A program made the position numbers and the translations under genes. DNA of 64,000 nucleotides from Plasmodiophora brassicae (taxonomy: Eukaryota), in assembly GCA_036867785.1 (NCBI GenBank), contig CP145419.1:310001-374000 (forward strand). The letters run 5' to 3'. The notes under the pieces are model-generated. The model was not told the origin of the DNA, did no database searches, and was given only the letters and a program-made list of their open reading frames with translations. Below, in pieces: positions 10,876-22,215 of the stretch (positions are counted from its first letter, which is position 1; each line of letters starts with the position of its first letter).

Positions 10876-12964
10876 ATGGAGGGCGACGCACCGCGGAGTA
10901 GTGCCGATGAGCGCCCGAACATGTTCGTGCTGCGACGCCGCCTGAACGTGTGCCCGGGGGTGACCCGATGACCGCGACGATGCGCGCCTCGCTGATCGTC
11001 GTGCCTGTAGAGCGAACTGTTGCAGTCGTTTGCCGACAGGGCGGGCGAGAAGGACGACGACGACGCCGCCGGTGGCGACTTGCGGCGGTCTCTGGCATTA
11101 TCGGTCAGTCGGTGTCGGCGCCTCGAAGAGGAACTGAAGGAAATGAAGATTCGAGCAGAAAGGTCGATACAGCCGCTGAGCGACCCTGCTCAAGCCTGAC
11201 CGTCTGTCTAGGTCGAACACGATGTACGAGGAGCTCCTAGGTACCCTGAGACAGAATGGGATCGCCTTGAAGACTGTCAGGCAGCGAGAAGACGGCAGTG
11301 GCGACGTCGCGGGCAGTCACACCAGCCGATCCCCGGGCGTGTCCCCGAACCGACTCGACGTTAGCAAGATCGTGTCGTCGCTGATCGAACAGGATTTAAA
11401 GGAACAACGACGCAGGCTGCCTGTCGTTGAAGGTACCCCTGATCGCAGTCGATCGTCGCCACACGGCCCTGACCAAGTAGCACACAGGGTTCCTGGAGAA
11501 GCTATCCCCGCGCAAATCCATTCTCCTCGTGCGTGTCTGGCAACTGAGATTCGTTTACATCAGCAATAACAGGTTCAGTGACTGCCGTATGCATCGACTG
11601 CTACCACGTGTGTGGCTGACACCTGTACACCAGTTTGTGTTATTCGCGCGATCGTGTCGATTGGCACTTACGGGATGACGTCGCTCAGTGGCAAGATGTC
11701 CATGAAATACCGCTGTTGTCCATTCGATGCGTTGCGCCTGCTATTGACGATAAAAATCGACAATTCATCATTGAGGCGATGAACGCCAAGGAGCCTGGTC
11801 CGTTCACCGTTTGGTTGAACCTGATGGTGCCTGACTTGGCGTTCTAGGGCAACTTCGCGAATTCGTGTTCCGGGCTAAAACAAGGACGCAGCGCGATATG
11901 TGGCTCAGAGGAATTCAGGCTCATGTCCAGCACTGTCGCGATGTTGTCCGACTGGGAAGCCTAGCCCAGCAACAACAGTGAGCGGCGACGATGTCGGTAG
12001 ATAAACGTTTCTCTGGTTGCTTGACCCGTCGCAGCCTTTGATCCATTCATTAATCATATCGCCCGGATATGCTGGCAGAGCTCGACAAGGACGGTAGCAA
12101 CGCCGGCTTGCTGGCCGATTTGCTCAAGCTGTGCACGATCGTGCAAGACCCAGACCAAGATCGCCTCAGGGACAAATCGGATGACCTCTACGTTCAGCCA
12201 TTGAACGTCTGGCCCATTCGCCTGCTCTCCGTTATCGAGGCACACGACAAGCTTACTCGCTGCGCGTTGTTCGAGTACCTCGACATGGTCATCGTCGCGT
12301 TCCATTGCAATCGTTCCACTATTAATTCGCGCAAGTCGAGTTTCATCGAGCTCGGCCCCGACAAGGCGAGGGGCGTATTAACCGCGGGCTTGCATCGCTG
12401 GCGCCATATCCACGAGCGCTTACGTCACGTGATTCGCAGTGTGACCCTCGGTGATGACGCCAAGCGTCTAATTCTGACTGGTTCGAAGAACGTGAGCTTG
12501 TCACCCTTGTTTCTACTCTGACGATGCTGGCGTTAGGTCATGGCACTGGTGGAGTCCTGGCGTGTCTCGAAGCTGCCTATCTGGCGACGGCATCTCCTTC
12601 CCGCCAGCTTACCGTTGTTACGTTCGGCGCTCCAAAGTTCTCGGGAAGGAACTTCGCCAATGTGTACAGATCGCTCGGTATAGCAACCTACAGAATCGTG
12701 AACCGTTTCGATCCCGTCAGTATGGTTCGCCAAGTAGCAGCTGAGCCGTTGCTAATGGTTGGCCAGGTCCCTCGCTACCCATTCTGGTTCCCTCGGATTC
12801 ATCACGTCCCGTCAACGGTGTACCACCTGTACGACGGTGGCCTTCACCGTGCACCGGCCACACGTCGATTCGATTTCATTCTACCGGGGCGCGTTGACGA
12901 TCACCGAACTGTGGAATACGAGGCGGCCATGCGGAGCTGGATGAAGGCCATTCACAGGTCTTGA
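10876..12964 (+). CDS. PH-domain plus class-3 lipase-fold protein, nucleophile Ser apparently absent
   Basis: PH-like segment (EIPLLSIRCV...QFIIE...FVFRAKTRTQRDMWLRGI). Lipase-3-like motifs LILTGHGTGG, VVTFGAPK, YRIVNRFDPV and DDH. Start uncertain. Confidence 0.7.
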
Positions 12965-13062
12965 TAAATGTAGAGCATTGCAGGGCAGCATGAGAGTCGC
13001 GTGATCCGAATGTACGATATGCTGTATTTCATGGAACGACAGAGGCGCCATCGTGGAGTTGT

Positions 13063-16000
13063 TCAGGGAAGTAGATACTTCAGGGCAGCCCACTGGGCAG
13101 TGGCGTCGCCCGCCCAGGCAACGTTTAACATGACCAAGGCCAGGACCAGGATCGGGATTGCAGCCGGGAGAGTAGTAATCGCCTGATCGAGAGTCAGTAG
13201 AGCGAGACGTGCTCGGGACACGCTTACGTTGATAACGACGCGGCACGCGGCACAGGTCAACATGCTTGCGGCATGCTGTGACGCTATCAGGGAGATCAGG
13301 TAGGCACAGAACGAGAACAGCAGCGCCGCCGCCAACGAAATCATCCATCTCAGCGCGAGGAAGTAGACCTGGGTCCTGATGACGAGTCCTGGCAGTTATA
13401 CACACACGTGTCATCATCGAATGCAGGGCGGACGAACCGCTTCAGCACCGGCGTTGCTATGTCGCTGCGGGGGCTCCCGGTGTCAAACGCTATCAGCGAA
13501 TCCCTCGCCGGGATAATGTTGGACGACGTCCACAGATGTGTGAAACGAACATCGAGGTCGGCCATGGAGAACATGAACCCACGGTACTGAGTCCTCAGGC
13601 ATGAGCCAAACAGGTTCAACGATCGTGCCGGCGGCAACGTACCGCGTTGGCGGTTGCCACGAAGTAGCCGGCGGAAGCCGCGACCAGGTATGCGATGGAC
13701 GCGAAGGCAGCGAACGGAAGCTTGAGGACGGCGACATACGCACGTAGCGTGATTGGCGCGACGAAGAATTTCACCTGGAGGATTCCCAGTTCAGGTCGCG
13801 CTGGTGCTGACGTGGATTCAAGCCATACGAGCAGCGAGGAGCTCGTCCTTCCGCCAGTAAGGTAGAACACCGACCCCAGCAGACGCGACCCGTTCAGGAC
13901 TGTCAATGGTGTTGGAAACGAATGGTCACGTTGCAATCGCGTCGAGTACTGACGGAGAATCAGAAGAACGCTAGCAGTAAGGAAGATGTTCGACGCGTTG
14001 AAGTACGCCACAAGGAACACCAAGAGGATGTTGGATAGGATCCAGACGACAACGACGACTGTTCGGAATCTCGAGAATCGATGGCGGACGATCTCGCGCG
14101 TCATTTCGTCGAGAGGTTCTGCCGCCGTGTTCAAATCCTTCGTGCCCCAGCTGGACAAGCATCAGGCATTTCGACAACGCACCCATTCTCGTTGGCCCTA
14201 CCTGACATCGTGCGTGTTCGTCAGTGCATACACAGGAAACCTATCGCGAAGATCACTCGTTCAGTGATTCCAGGGCAACCGACGTTGACCGCACACTATG
14301 AGGAACGACGGTAGGAGTGCCACGAAAGGGACGAACGACACGAGAATATCTGTCAGGGCGCCATGCAGGAGTCCAGCACCAATGTATATCCCCCAAGCCA
14401 GCCCAAGCTGAACAATACGCAATGCGAGTCAGGCAGGCAGAACATCGTACATCACCGGTTATGCCTTACAGTGACGATCAGAATGATGTTGCCCTTGCGA
14501 ATCTGTATCAGAGAGTACCCGATGGTGATTGCCACCAGAACAATGAACATGATGCCGAACAACGCCGAGGTCATGTTGTATGCAACCCTCAGGTCCTGAA
14601 ACATCCCCCGGTTGATACATCAGGAACGGTCAGGATGTTATTGGCCGGCAAACCTGAGGGCGATTCTGAGCGCTCAGAACGAACTGGACGACAAGCAGGA
14701 CAACGAAGGCAACGGCTCCCGAGTTGTACAGTATGGGCGGTATGCCCAGATTGGCACTGATGAGCACGATGACCAGGAAGAACACGCCCATGGCCAACCA
14801 CTGAATGATGACTTGGATGACGAAAAACAAGTAGACGTACGATATCGCCAGCTTGCGGAAGACACTGGTATCCAAATGGGCAACGTTAGCACGCCCAGAG
14901 CGAGCCACGACAGACACGGCGGTACCTGTGCGACGATTGCCGCCAGAACGAGAAGAAGTGGACCAGGGCGTAGAGCAGCGCGAACAGGGAACCGTTCAGC
15001 CAACGCCGGCGCTGCTTCAATAGCGAGACGAGGTCGTGTGGGACGTCGGTTTCAGCGATGGAGCTGTTGACGTATCTGAGAGTATAACTACAATCCTTTT
15101 TCGCAATCAGGTGGTAGCAGAGCAATCGGTCCTCCGCCAGGGTCCTATGTAAGTCGCGTTCGACCATTAGCGCGGTACTCAACAGGACTCGGCTGCTTAC
15201 ATGTTCGTCGTGAACGGGTCGAGATCCTTATCAGCAACGTAAAGCTGGGAAAAGTATTTACGGAGCGGTTCGCCGAGGAGGGCCTTTCCAGTCGAGCAAT
15301 GAATTCCGGCGCCAAAGATCGGCCCAGGAGCGCCGTATACGAACCTGGTACCGGTAGGCAGAGAAGGCACCAGGAAGCACAGCAAGGAACCCCATCGACG
15401 TCTGGAATGACAGGTCCAGCAGAGCAGCGACCTCGTATTCGAACCTGACACGTCGAGTCAGACGATGCGAAAGGTGCAAGACCGTCTCCACCTCTGTGCA
15501 GCTACGATCGGGTTGATCCAGTCGCAGGCAGTACGCGCTTGTGTAAGCAACCGACCGCAGACGCCCGCCACATCCGAATTGGATTCTAGCTCATTGTAGA
15601 ATCCATAGAATGCTTCACTGCGGGGGATCGTGCCGACATCGCTGAGTTCACGTTGCGTCAGCGGCGTCATGATCGGGATCACGAACGTACGTACAGTAGA
15701 AACGTGAACCGAGGCTGCATGACGTAGGCAAACCCTTCGAAGAACCACAGATGAGAATTGAGCTTGCCCGCATTCCTCTCTTTAATCGCGAAGATGGTCT
15801 GCAACGGGGGCAACCGCGTCTCGTGCGTTTCACTGTCTGGCAAGCGTAGAATGCTTTCGAACAAATGGACTTGTGTGCTGGATCGTGCATTCGCCATCGC
15901 CGATACAGAGAGAATGCCTGCCGCGCCGGTTCAGCCAGCCAGGGACAAACACGGGCACGGTACGGCACTGACCGAGGTCCTCGCCAAGTTTCAGAGTTGA

Positions 16001-16548
16001 CGGCGCCGCTTTGGCACGCCCGTCACTGACGATGACGGCAGCAATTGACTGCCACAGCGTTGGGCGGCGAAGTCGTTTGGACATGTACTTCACGTTCTTG
16101 CAGATGGCACGCAATGTCAGAGCAAGTTCTTCTGCTCCTGTAACAGCCAAACACACAAATACACACACACGCACGTAAGTAACAGCGACAGGCAAGAGCA
16201 CCGTCGTTCCGACCTTCGTTGTACATGGTAACGACGATTAAGATCGACGCCGAGAACTTTAGCCGAGGGTTCGTCGCGCGCCATAGTCCCGGGTTTGCTT
16301 CCTGGATTGGAGTGTACCTCAGTTGGCCTGGATCAACAGGACCTCTGCGCGAGGCTTGGTCCTGCTCGCCTATAGCAACATCCGTCATCTGGCTGGCCAT
16401 TGTGTAGCAATACCAAATGTGGGACCTTGCCACCCTCATATGCGGCCGTATCAATCGAGTCGTGTTCGAGAACATCGGCGCCGATCAGCAAAGTCTGGAT
16501 ACTCGAGGTGCCGAATGCACCGGGTGGGGCTTCGAGAAGGTTCTGCAT
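13063..16548 (-). CDS. CHS: Chitin synthase (GT2), paralogue B, multi-exon
   Basis: [58 protein letters not shown] and SWGTK. The 5' end is uncertain (about 16400-16650). Confidence 0.92.
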
Positions 16549-16860
16549 TAGGGGTGACCAACCGATACAAATGGTAAGAGACAAAACCAGCGAACCAGAA
16601 GCACCGCTCCACGATGAGCGCCTACATATGATTCACACTCGGTTTTCAGGCTATTAGTTGCATTGCCCGGGTGGCCGCCTTGGAGCAGTATCGCTTCTGG
16701 CCACGGTGTGGCTGACTCGGGGACCTGAAATGCTAGAGAGGGTGCGTCCTCATCAGACAGCCTTGGGTGGCACTTCACAAAGTGATTCTAGCTAGAACGC
16801 CGCCTGGCCTTCACGACCGTGTCGTAACTGTCACGTGACGTGGAGCTAATTAGCCGTATT

Positions 16861-18050
16861 TCATTGGTCCATAGATCTTGTAATGCTCTGCGACGCCGTC
16901 TCGTATGCTCCAAAGAAAAGGAACCCTCCTAGGCCGATCCACGCCACCCTATGGACTGAAGAATATTGTCAGACGCAATGAAGTAATTGAGAGTCTGATT
17001 GCTGATCATACAAATTCCTTTGGTTAGGCCATGGAGCCCTTCATCGGCCCATAGTTTTCTGATGCAGTCGTTGAAGCCATTGTACACGATCTTATGACCC
17101 TGTGTCATCAGCCGTGTCTTGACAACCTGACCACAATTTCAGAAATGAGCGAACCCGTTAATGTACAATGGAATTCGCTCCTACATCCAGAGGGTTCGTA
17201 GCCGCTGCGGAAATGCTACCAGCGATTGCACCCATGGCACCGCTCTCCAGGGGCGTAAGAGTGCGCCCACCCTCCATGTTGGAGTACTGCACTTTTAGCG
17301 TCTCCCACAAGGCAAACTGAAGCGCGTCAAACGGAACCTTACAATGGTAATCAGCAGAGTTGCATTGTACTCACCACAACGTTGTTTACCTCTCTAAGAA
17401 CAGTGGACATGTACCCTCGGTAGAGCCCGGCGACACCATCTCGCCGGACAATGGATTTGACGCATTCTACTGTAGACGAATGCATGCCCGCCTTGTTTGG
17501 AACATGACATTGTGCAGGGAGCGCGCCACGCGACACATACCTGTAACTGCTGCTTCACGACTTCGAACGGGACCCGGACGGCGCACGCGGCCACATTGGC
17601 GATGGACGCGGACCCCATGCTGGCCAGTGCATGGTACTGTGGCGCGACCTGTCACCCAGAATTGCACTCCTGAGCACTGGGTGTACAACACGCAACCACA
17701 CTACGGTACCATGGCGTACGATTTGTTACGGCACGTGTCGTATACAGCGAAGAAGACAGCGGCGGACGGGAACGACCCCGCCATGGCCGACGCTAACCCC
17801 GAGTAGAATTTCAGTGAGCCGCGCGCGACATCCCGCGCTTGGACCCGGGTCTTCAGCGTGTCCAGCGGGAACAGCACGAAATCGGTGAAGGCCCCAGCGG
17901 CCCCGCCAGCCACCCCGGACACTGCCAGGCACGCAACGTCAACATCGTCAGGGCACTGCGACGTGACCGGCACACCCCCCTCATACCGAGCAGCGCATGG
18001 ACGGCACCCGACTCCATTTCGAATGGAGTCCTTTGCCGCGCATTTTCCAT
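16861..18050 (-). CDS. Mitochondrial carrier, S-adenosylmethionine carrier-like (SLC25A26/Pet8 type)
   Basis: Three PxD/ExxK carrier motifs (FPLDTLKTRVQ, VPFEVVKQQLQ, NPLDVVKTRLMT), plus GSFPSAAVFF and REVPFDALQF. Confidence 0.88.
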
Positions 18051-18129
18051 TTCTGACTGCGCCGCCGCCACTTTGTCTCAGCAGCCAGCTTGTGTGGTTC
18101 GCAGTTCGCATGCCACGCTCGATATATAT

Positions 18130-20180
18130 CCCTACTCCGTGGGCTTCACCGTAATATATTACGGTTTAGACTTTGGCCTGTCTCCATAATTTTATAAAGG
18201 ATCCGAAAATTCGTCTAGCTGTACAGTTCGACAGGACCTGCCGGCCAATGAATTTTGGCGAAGACGGCAAGGACTGATCGTTCGTCCTCATCGCACGACA
18301 TTTTTTACAAGCTCCCTCACAAGTCCGGTGGACCTGCGCAAACCGTAATATATTACGGTTTGAAATGAAAATTTGTGGAAAGCCAGTTACGTTCTTAGCG
18401 ACAGTGATGTCTGTGTGTAAAATTCAGTTATGATCCCCGTGAGCGGCAGAGCGCGTTCGGAGCGCGATTGGGGTTTCACTCTGATTGCACACCTGGTATC
18501 CTCCTGAACCTGAGCGACGCCAGCAGTAGGTCAATGACTCAGTAGAAACTGCAAAGCAGAATGCCATGTGAGACAACCTGTGATTCAATGGTGTCATCGC
18601 GACGCTTTCGCGGCCGTCCCCGGCCACGCTTGGCGGCACCAGCATTCAACTCGGGACCACCGTTGCCATCAGAATGGGCGGCAGGCGAGGCAATGCCAGA
18701 TGTCTTCTTCGAAGCGACAATTTCTATGGCGCGTTGTGAGCGTTGCTCCTCTTCGCCTTCTTTCATACTGTACGCCCGCTTTGGGATCGACCGCTTCTTC
18801 ATCGGCAAATGGCGCAGAGCATGGAAGTCGCAGCACGCACGATGGTCGCTTCCGACAGGAGCAGTACGAACTGTTTACGCGTATAGCAGTAATGGTTTGT
18901 CTCGCGGACACACAAGACGCAGCCTCGAACACTTCGCTTAAGACGCTCGTTCGTTTCCGGATCTTGGATCAGCTTCTCCATCGGGTGATGGGCGGAACTC
19001 CTGTGCAATTGCGGAATCAGAACACAATGTCAACCACGTTTGGGATGTTACCTACCTGATCGTCCAGCCTTCATCGGTCCTAAAGACGGAAAGAGCATTA
19101 CGTCGAGGTATCTTGGGGATGAGGTCCCCGAGATTTTGAACGACGCTTCTCTCTGCAAGTACACCTAGGAACGTCGACAGCCTCGTTGAGAATGTCTCGG
19201 CCGGCCTGGATCACGAAGTCTTCTATGGTCTCCGCTGAAACAAGGTCTCGGCGTAACGCTTTGAAAGTCGACAAGGCCGTCTTCTCGTCCTGAAGGTCGT
19301 GTCTGCATTTCCAGTACCTTGGAATATTCATTCAGTCAACAGTGGTAAACAAGACTGAGAGCACGTGACTACCTGAAAGCAATACAGGTGTCCAACCCGC
19401 AGGCTTGGAAGAGCAGGTGGATGACGTACTTGACCTCGAATGGAAGGCTGTTTCGTGGGTACCTCAACTTATTGACATCGAAAGTTGCCTTGTCGACGCA
19501 ACGATCTCGTCGTCGAGGACTAACCAGGTGTTCTCCTTGACGAACAGTTTCCGCGAAGCGGCGACAATCGCTTGCTCAAGAAATCGATAGTTGGAGTATA
19601 GTCTGTGGTGTCCAGGAACGTAATTATTAATGTCACAGGAGCCGGACCGCCCGACCGTCTCGAACGCCCGGAGATGGTTGACCAGCGTCCGGAACAGTTT
19701 GGAGGGCAGCGCCCTCGTTCCGAACAGCGAGGCGCCGTACTTGCAGCGCCTGATCGATCCTGGCGGTGGTGGCCTTTGAGTGATCCGCGAGGCGCTGCTT
19801 GAAAACGGCCGACACGAAGTAGTCTTCCATCAACAACTCGAAGCGTGGCGGATCGCTCGGGATATTCCACCCATTGGTCCCGTTGAACCGCTTCGTAACT
19901 GCTGCTTGAACTGACCTACGAGCGCTCGCACTGCTCGACGCCGGCGCCATGGCAACAGCTCTGGCTGTGGTGGCCCAAAAATTGAAGTTGTTGGCCTGGA
20001 TGTTCGTTCCTATTTTTACAGTTCACCACCATCAGTTTCGAGCATGACGAGTACCCCAAAGAGACACAGGCAGCACCCCTCTAAACCGTAATATATTACG
20101 GTTTAGCCGATCTACAACCAGGACCTCGCAGAGCTATTTTCGGCTAAACCGTAATATATTACGGTTTACACGGAGTAGGG
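18130..20180 (-). mobile_element. piggyBac-like DNA transposon, internally degenerate, ATAT TSD
   Basis: TIR CCCTACTCCGTG at 18130-18141 and its reverse complement at 20169-20180. ATAT flanks at 18126-18129 and 20181-20184. Four palindromes with core ACCGTAATATATTACGGT. Internal minus-strand fragments include LFRTLVNHLRAF...LVLDDEIV, a Cys-rich CVLC..HYCY motif and an AT-hook. Confidence 0.8.
18539..19950 (-). pseudogene. Disrupted transposase-like coding sequence inside the TIR element
   Basis: Fragmented ORFs with stops and frameshifts. The piggyBac-like first catalytic D context WLVLDDE is at about 19506-19526. C-terminal Cys motif and KRGRGRPRK AT-hook. Confidence 0.6.
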
Positions 20181-20222
20181 ATATCGGCATGGGCTAGTCC
20201 CATCGGCGTGGTCTTCGCGCCG

Positions 20223-21916
20223 ATGACGGCGTTATCTCGTGCCGGACCCGGCCAGGGTGTCACTGGCCGCACGGTATGTGCAGACGGCAGAGCGAGTGGG
20301 TCGGTAGGTAGGTAGGTAAACCCATGCGACTGCCCCACAGGGAGGAGTGCCGTGTCCTGCTGCGGGGGGACTGGGGCACGCGCAGTCCGTGCTGCCACAG
20401 CCCGTCTGGAGGATATCTTTGCTGAATCGCCATTGGGCGAATCTCGTCGTCGTCGGCAACAACGACGCCCGACATCCGATGAGCGACCAGGTCCGTGCGC
20501 ACGTCGCCCCCGTGCAGGCGTCGCTGAATCGTGTTCAGGGTGCCGAAACCGGCCGCAGGGCCGGTCGGCCGCCGCGCCTGACGTTGCTGACGTCACCGGT
20601 GCGCACGCTCTATGAATTCTCCTTCGTCGTTCGCGAATCCGTGCACAACGCTGTATTGTATCTGCTGACACATCGCGCGCTCATGGCGTCCGTCGCGGCT
20701 ACTGTCGTCCTGTATGTCATGCTGAAAGTGTCGGGGAGCGCTTGGGCGCACGTTGTCGACCATCATGCCGCTCAGAGTAACAACCACCCGCCGTCGCATC
20801 GTGATTGCGATCCCTTTTGATTCATTCGACCAACTAGTCGCCTGGTGGCTGATGCTGGGCGTCCTGTCTAGTATCGGCCTGGGCACCGGATTGCACACGT
20901 TCGTGCTGTATCTCGGCCCGCATATCGCCAAGGTCACCATGGCGGCCGAGGAATGCAGGTCGCTGATGTTCGAGACAGCCGGCCCCATGGCGTTCATCTG
21001 CGCCGAGGACATTGTGGCCGGATCGCCGCCATCCACGTTTGATATATTCCGGAAGGTCCAATACGGTAAGCGACCGGCAAGTCATCCACAGGAGCCATTT
21101 GACGAACATGGTGTTCTGTAAGTCGCATTCATCTGGGGGCTTGGTACGGCGCTGGGGGAGCTGCCACCGTACTTTATGGCGCGGGCCGCTGCCCGGTCTG
21201 GCCAGACACTAGCCGCCTTGTCGCCGAGAGAAGACGCGTAACAATGGTCGCATTCTTTCCCGATTTCGTTGCTGAACAGGCGTGCAGGGGCAGCAAGAGT
21301 CGCTATGGAAAGCTGGTGGATCGCATCAAGGAGACTGTGTTCGCCATTGTACAGCGATTCGGATTCTGGTCCATTCTTCTGTTTGCGTCCGTCCCGAACC
21401 CGCTCTTTGACCTTGCTGGCGTAACATGCGGTAGCCATTATACGCGCACCTGCAGCAGAGGCGCCCGGTCTGATTGTATTCTATGCAGGGCATTTCGGGG
21501 TACCGTTCTGGACGTTCTTTGGCGCGACCGCCATCGGCAAAGCGGTCCTTAAGGTCGGGCTTCAATCGATGACGGTCATATACATGTTCCATCAAGGCCA
21601 CCTCGAAAGCCTCCTCGATACGGTCCGTATGTTCGTATATTCATGTCGTCCGATCGCCCTCACCACGGGTGCCGCGTAGATGCGAAATTTCCTTCCTGCG
21701 TCGCTGTGCGACTCGATCAAGACGTTCTTCCATGAGTCGAAGGCGCAGTTCCACCGCGCGTCGTCGCAGCCGGGATCGCCCCGGCGCCCGCTGATCGCCA
21801 TCGCCTGGGACACCTTCCTATTCCTGATGCTGGCGTGGTTCCTGAAGTCCATCATCGACGCCGCCGTCCATGAGCGGCAGGTCAAGCAGATGGAGAAGGA
21901 GGCCAAATCGTCGTAG
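20223..21916 (+). CDS. VMP1: Vacuole membrane protein 1 (VMP1/TMEM49, DedA family)
   Basis: [74 protein letters not shown]. Start approximate. Confidence 0.92.
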
Positions 21917-22215
21917 GCAGCAGGACGGCATCGGAATGCGCCGCCCGCCCCCCAATCGGTATCGAATAAACCCATTTCAGCGCCCGGACAACAGTCGTTT
22001 CGGATCATTCCCACGCGTCCGCATTGGTAGCTCGACCTACTCTGTGACGGGTTGCAGAGCGCCACTTCCAACTGTGATGTGCATGGCACCTGGGGCTGAC
22101 CACTGCTGGGCGGCCCTTGTGTGCCGGTCGGCATTTCGAAAGACATCCGGCACCGAGCACCGCGCACGTTGGCGTCGTTGTCGCCCGGGGATCCCGCGAG
22201 GCCTAGGTCGGCAGC

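Noticed and set aside
18148-20168. Palindromes interpreted as prokaryotic operators, terminators or phage telomere sites
   Set aside because: Their position inside TIR/TSD-bounded ends is explained more simply by a DNA transposon, and no resolvase gene is present.
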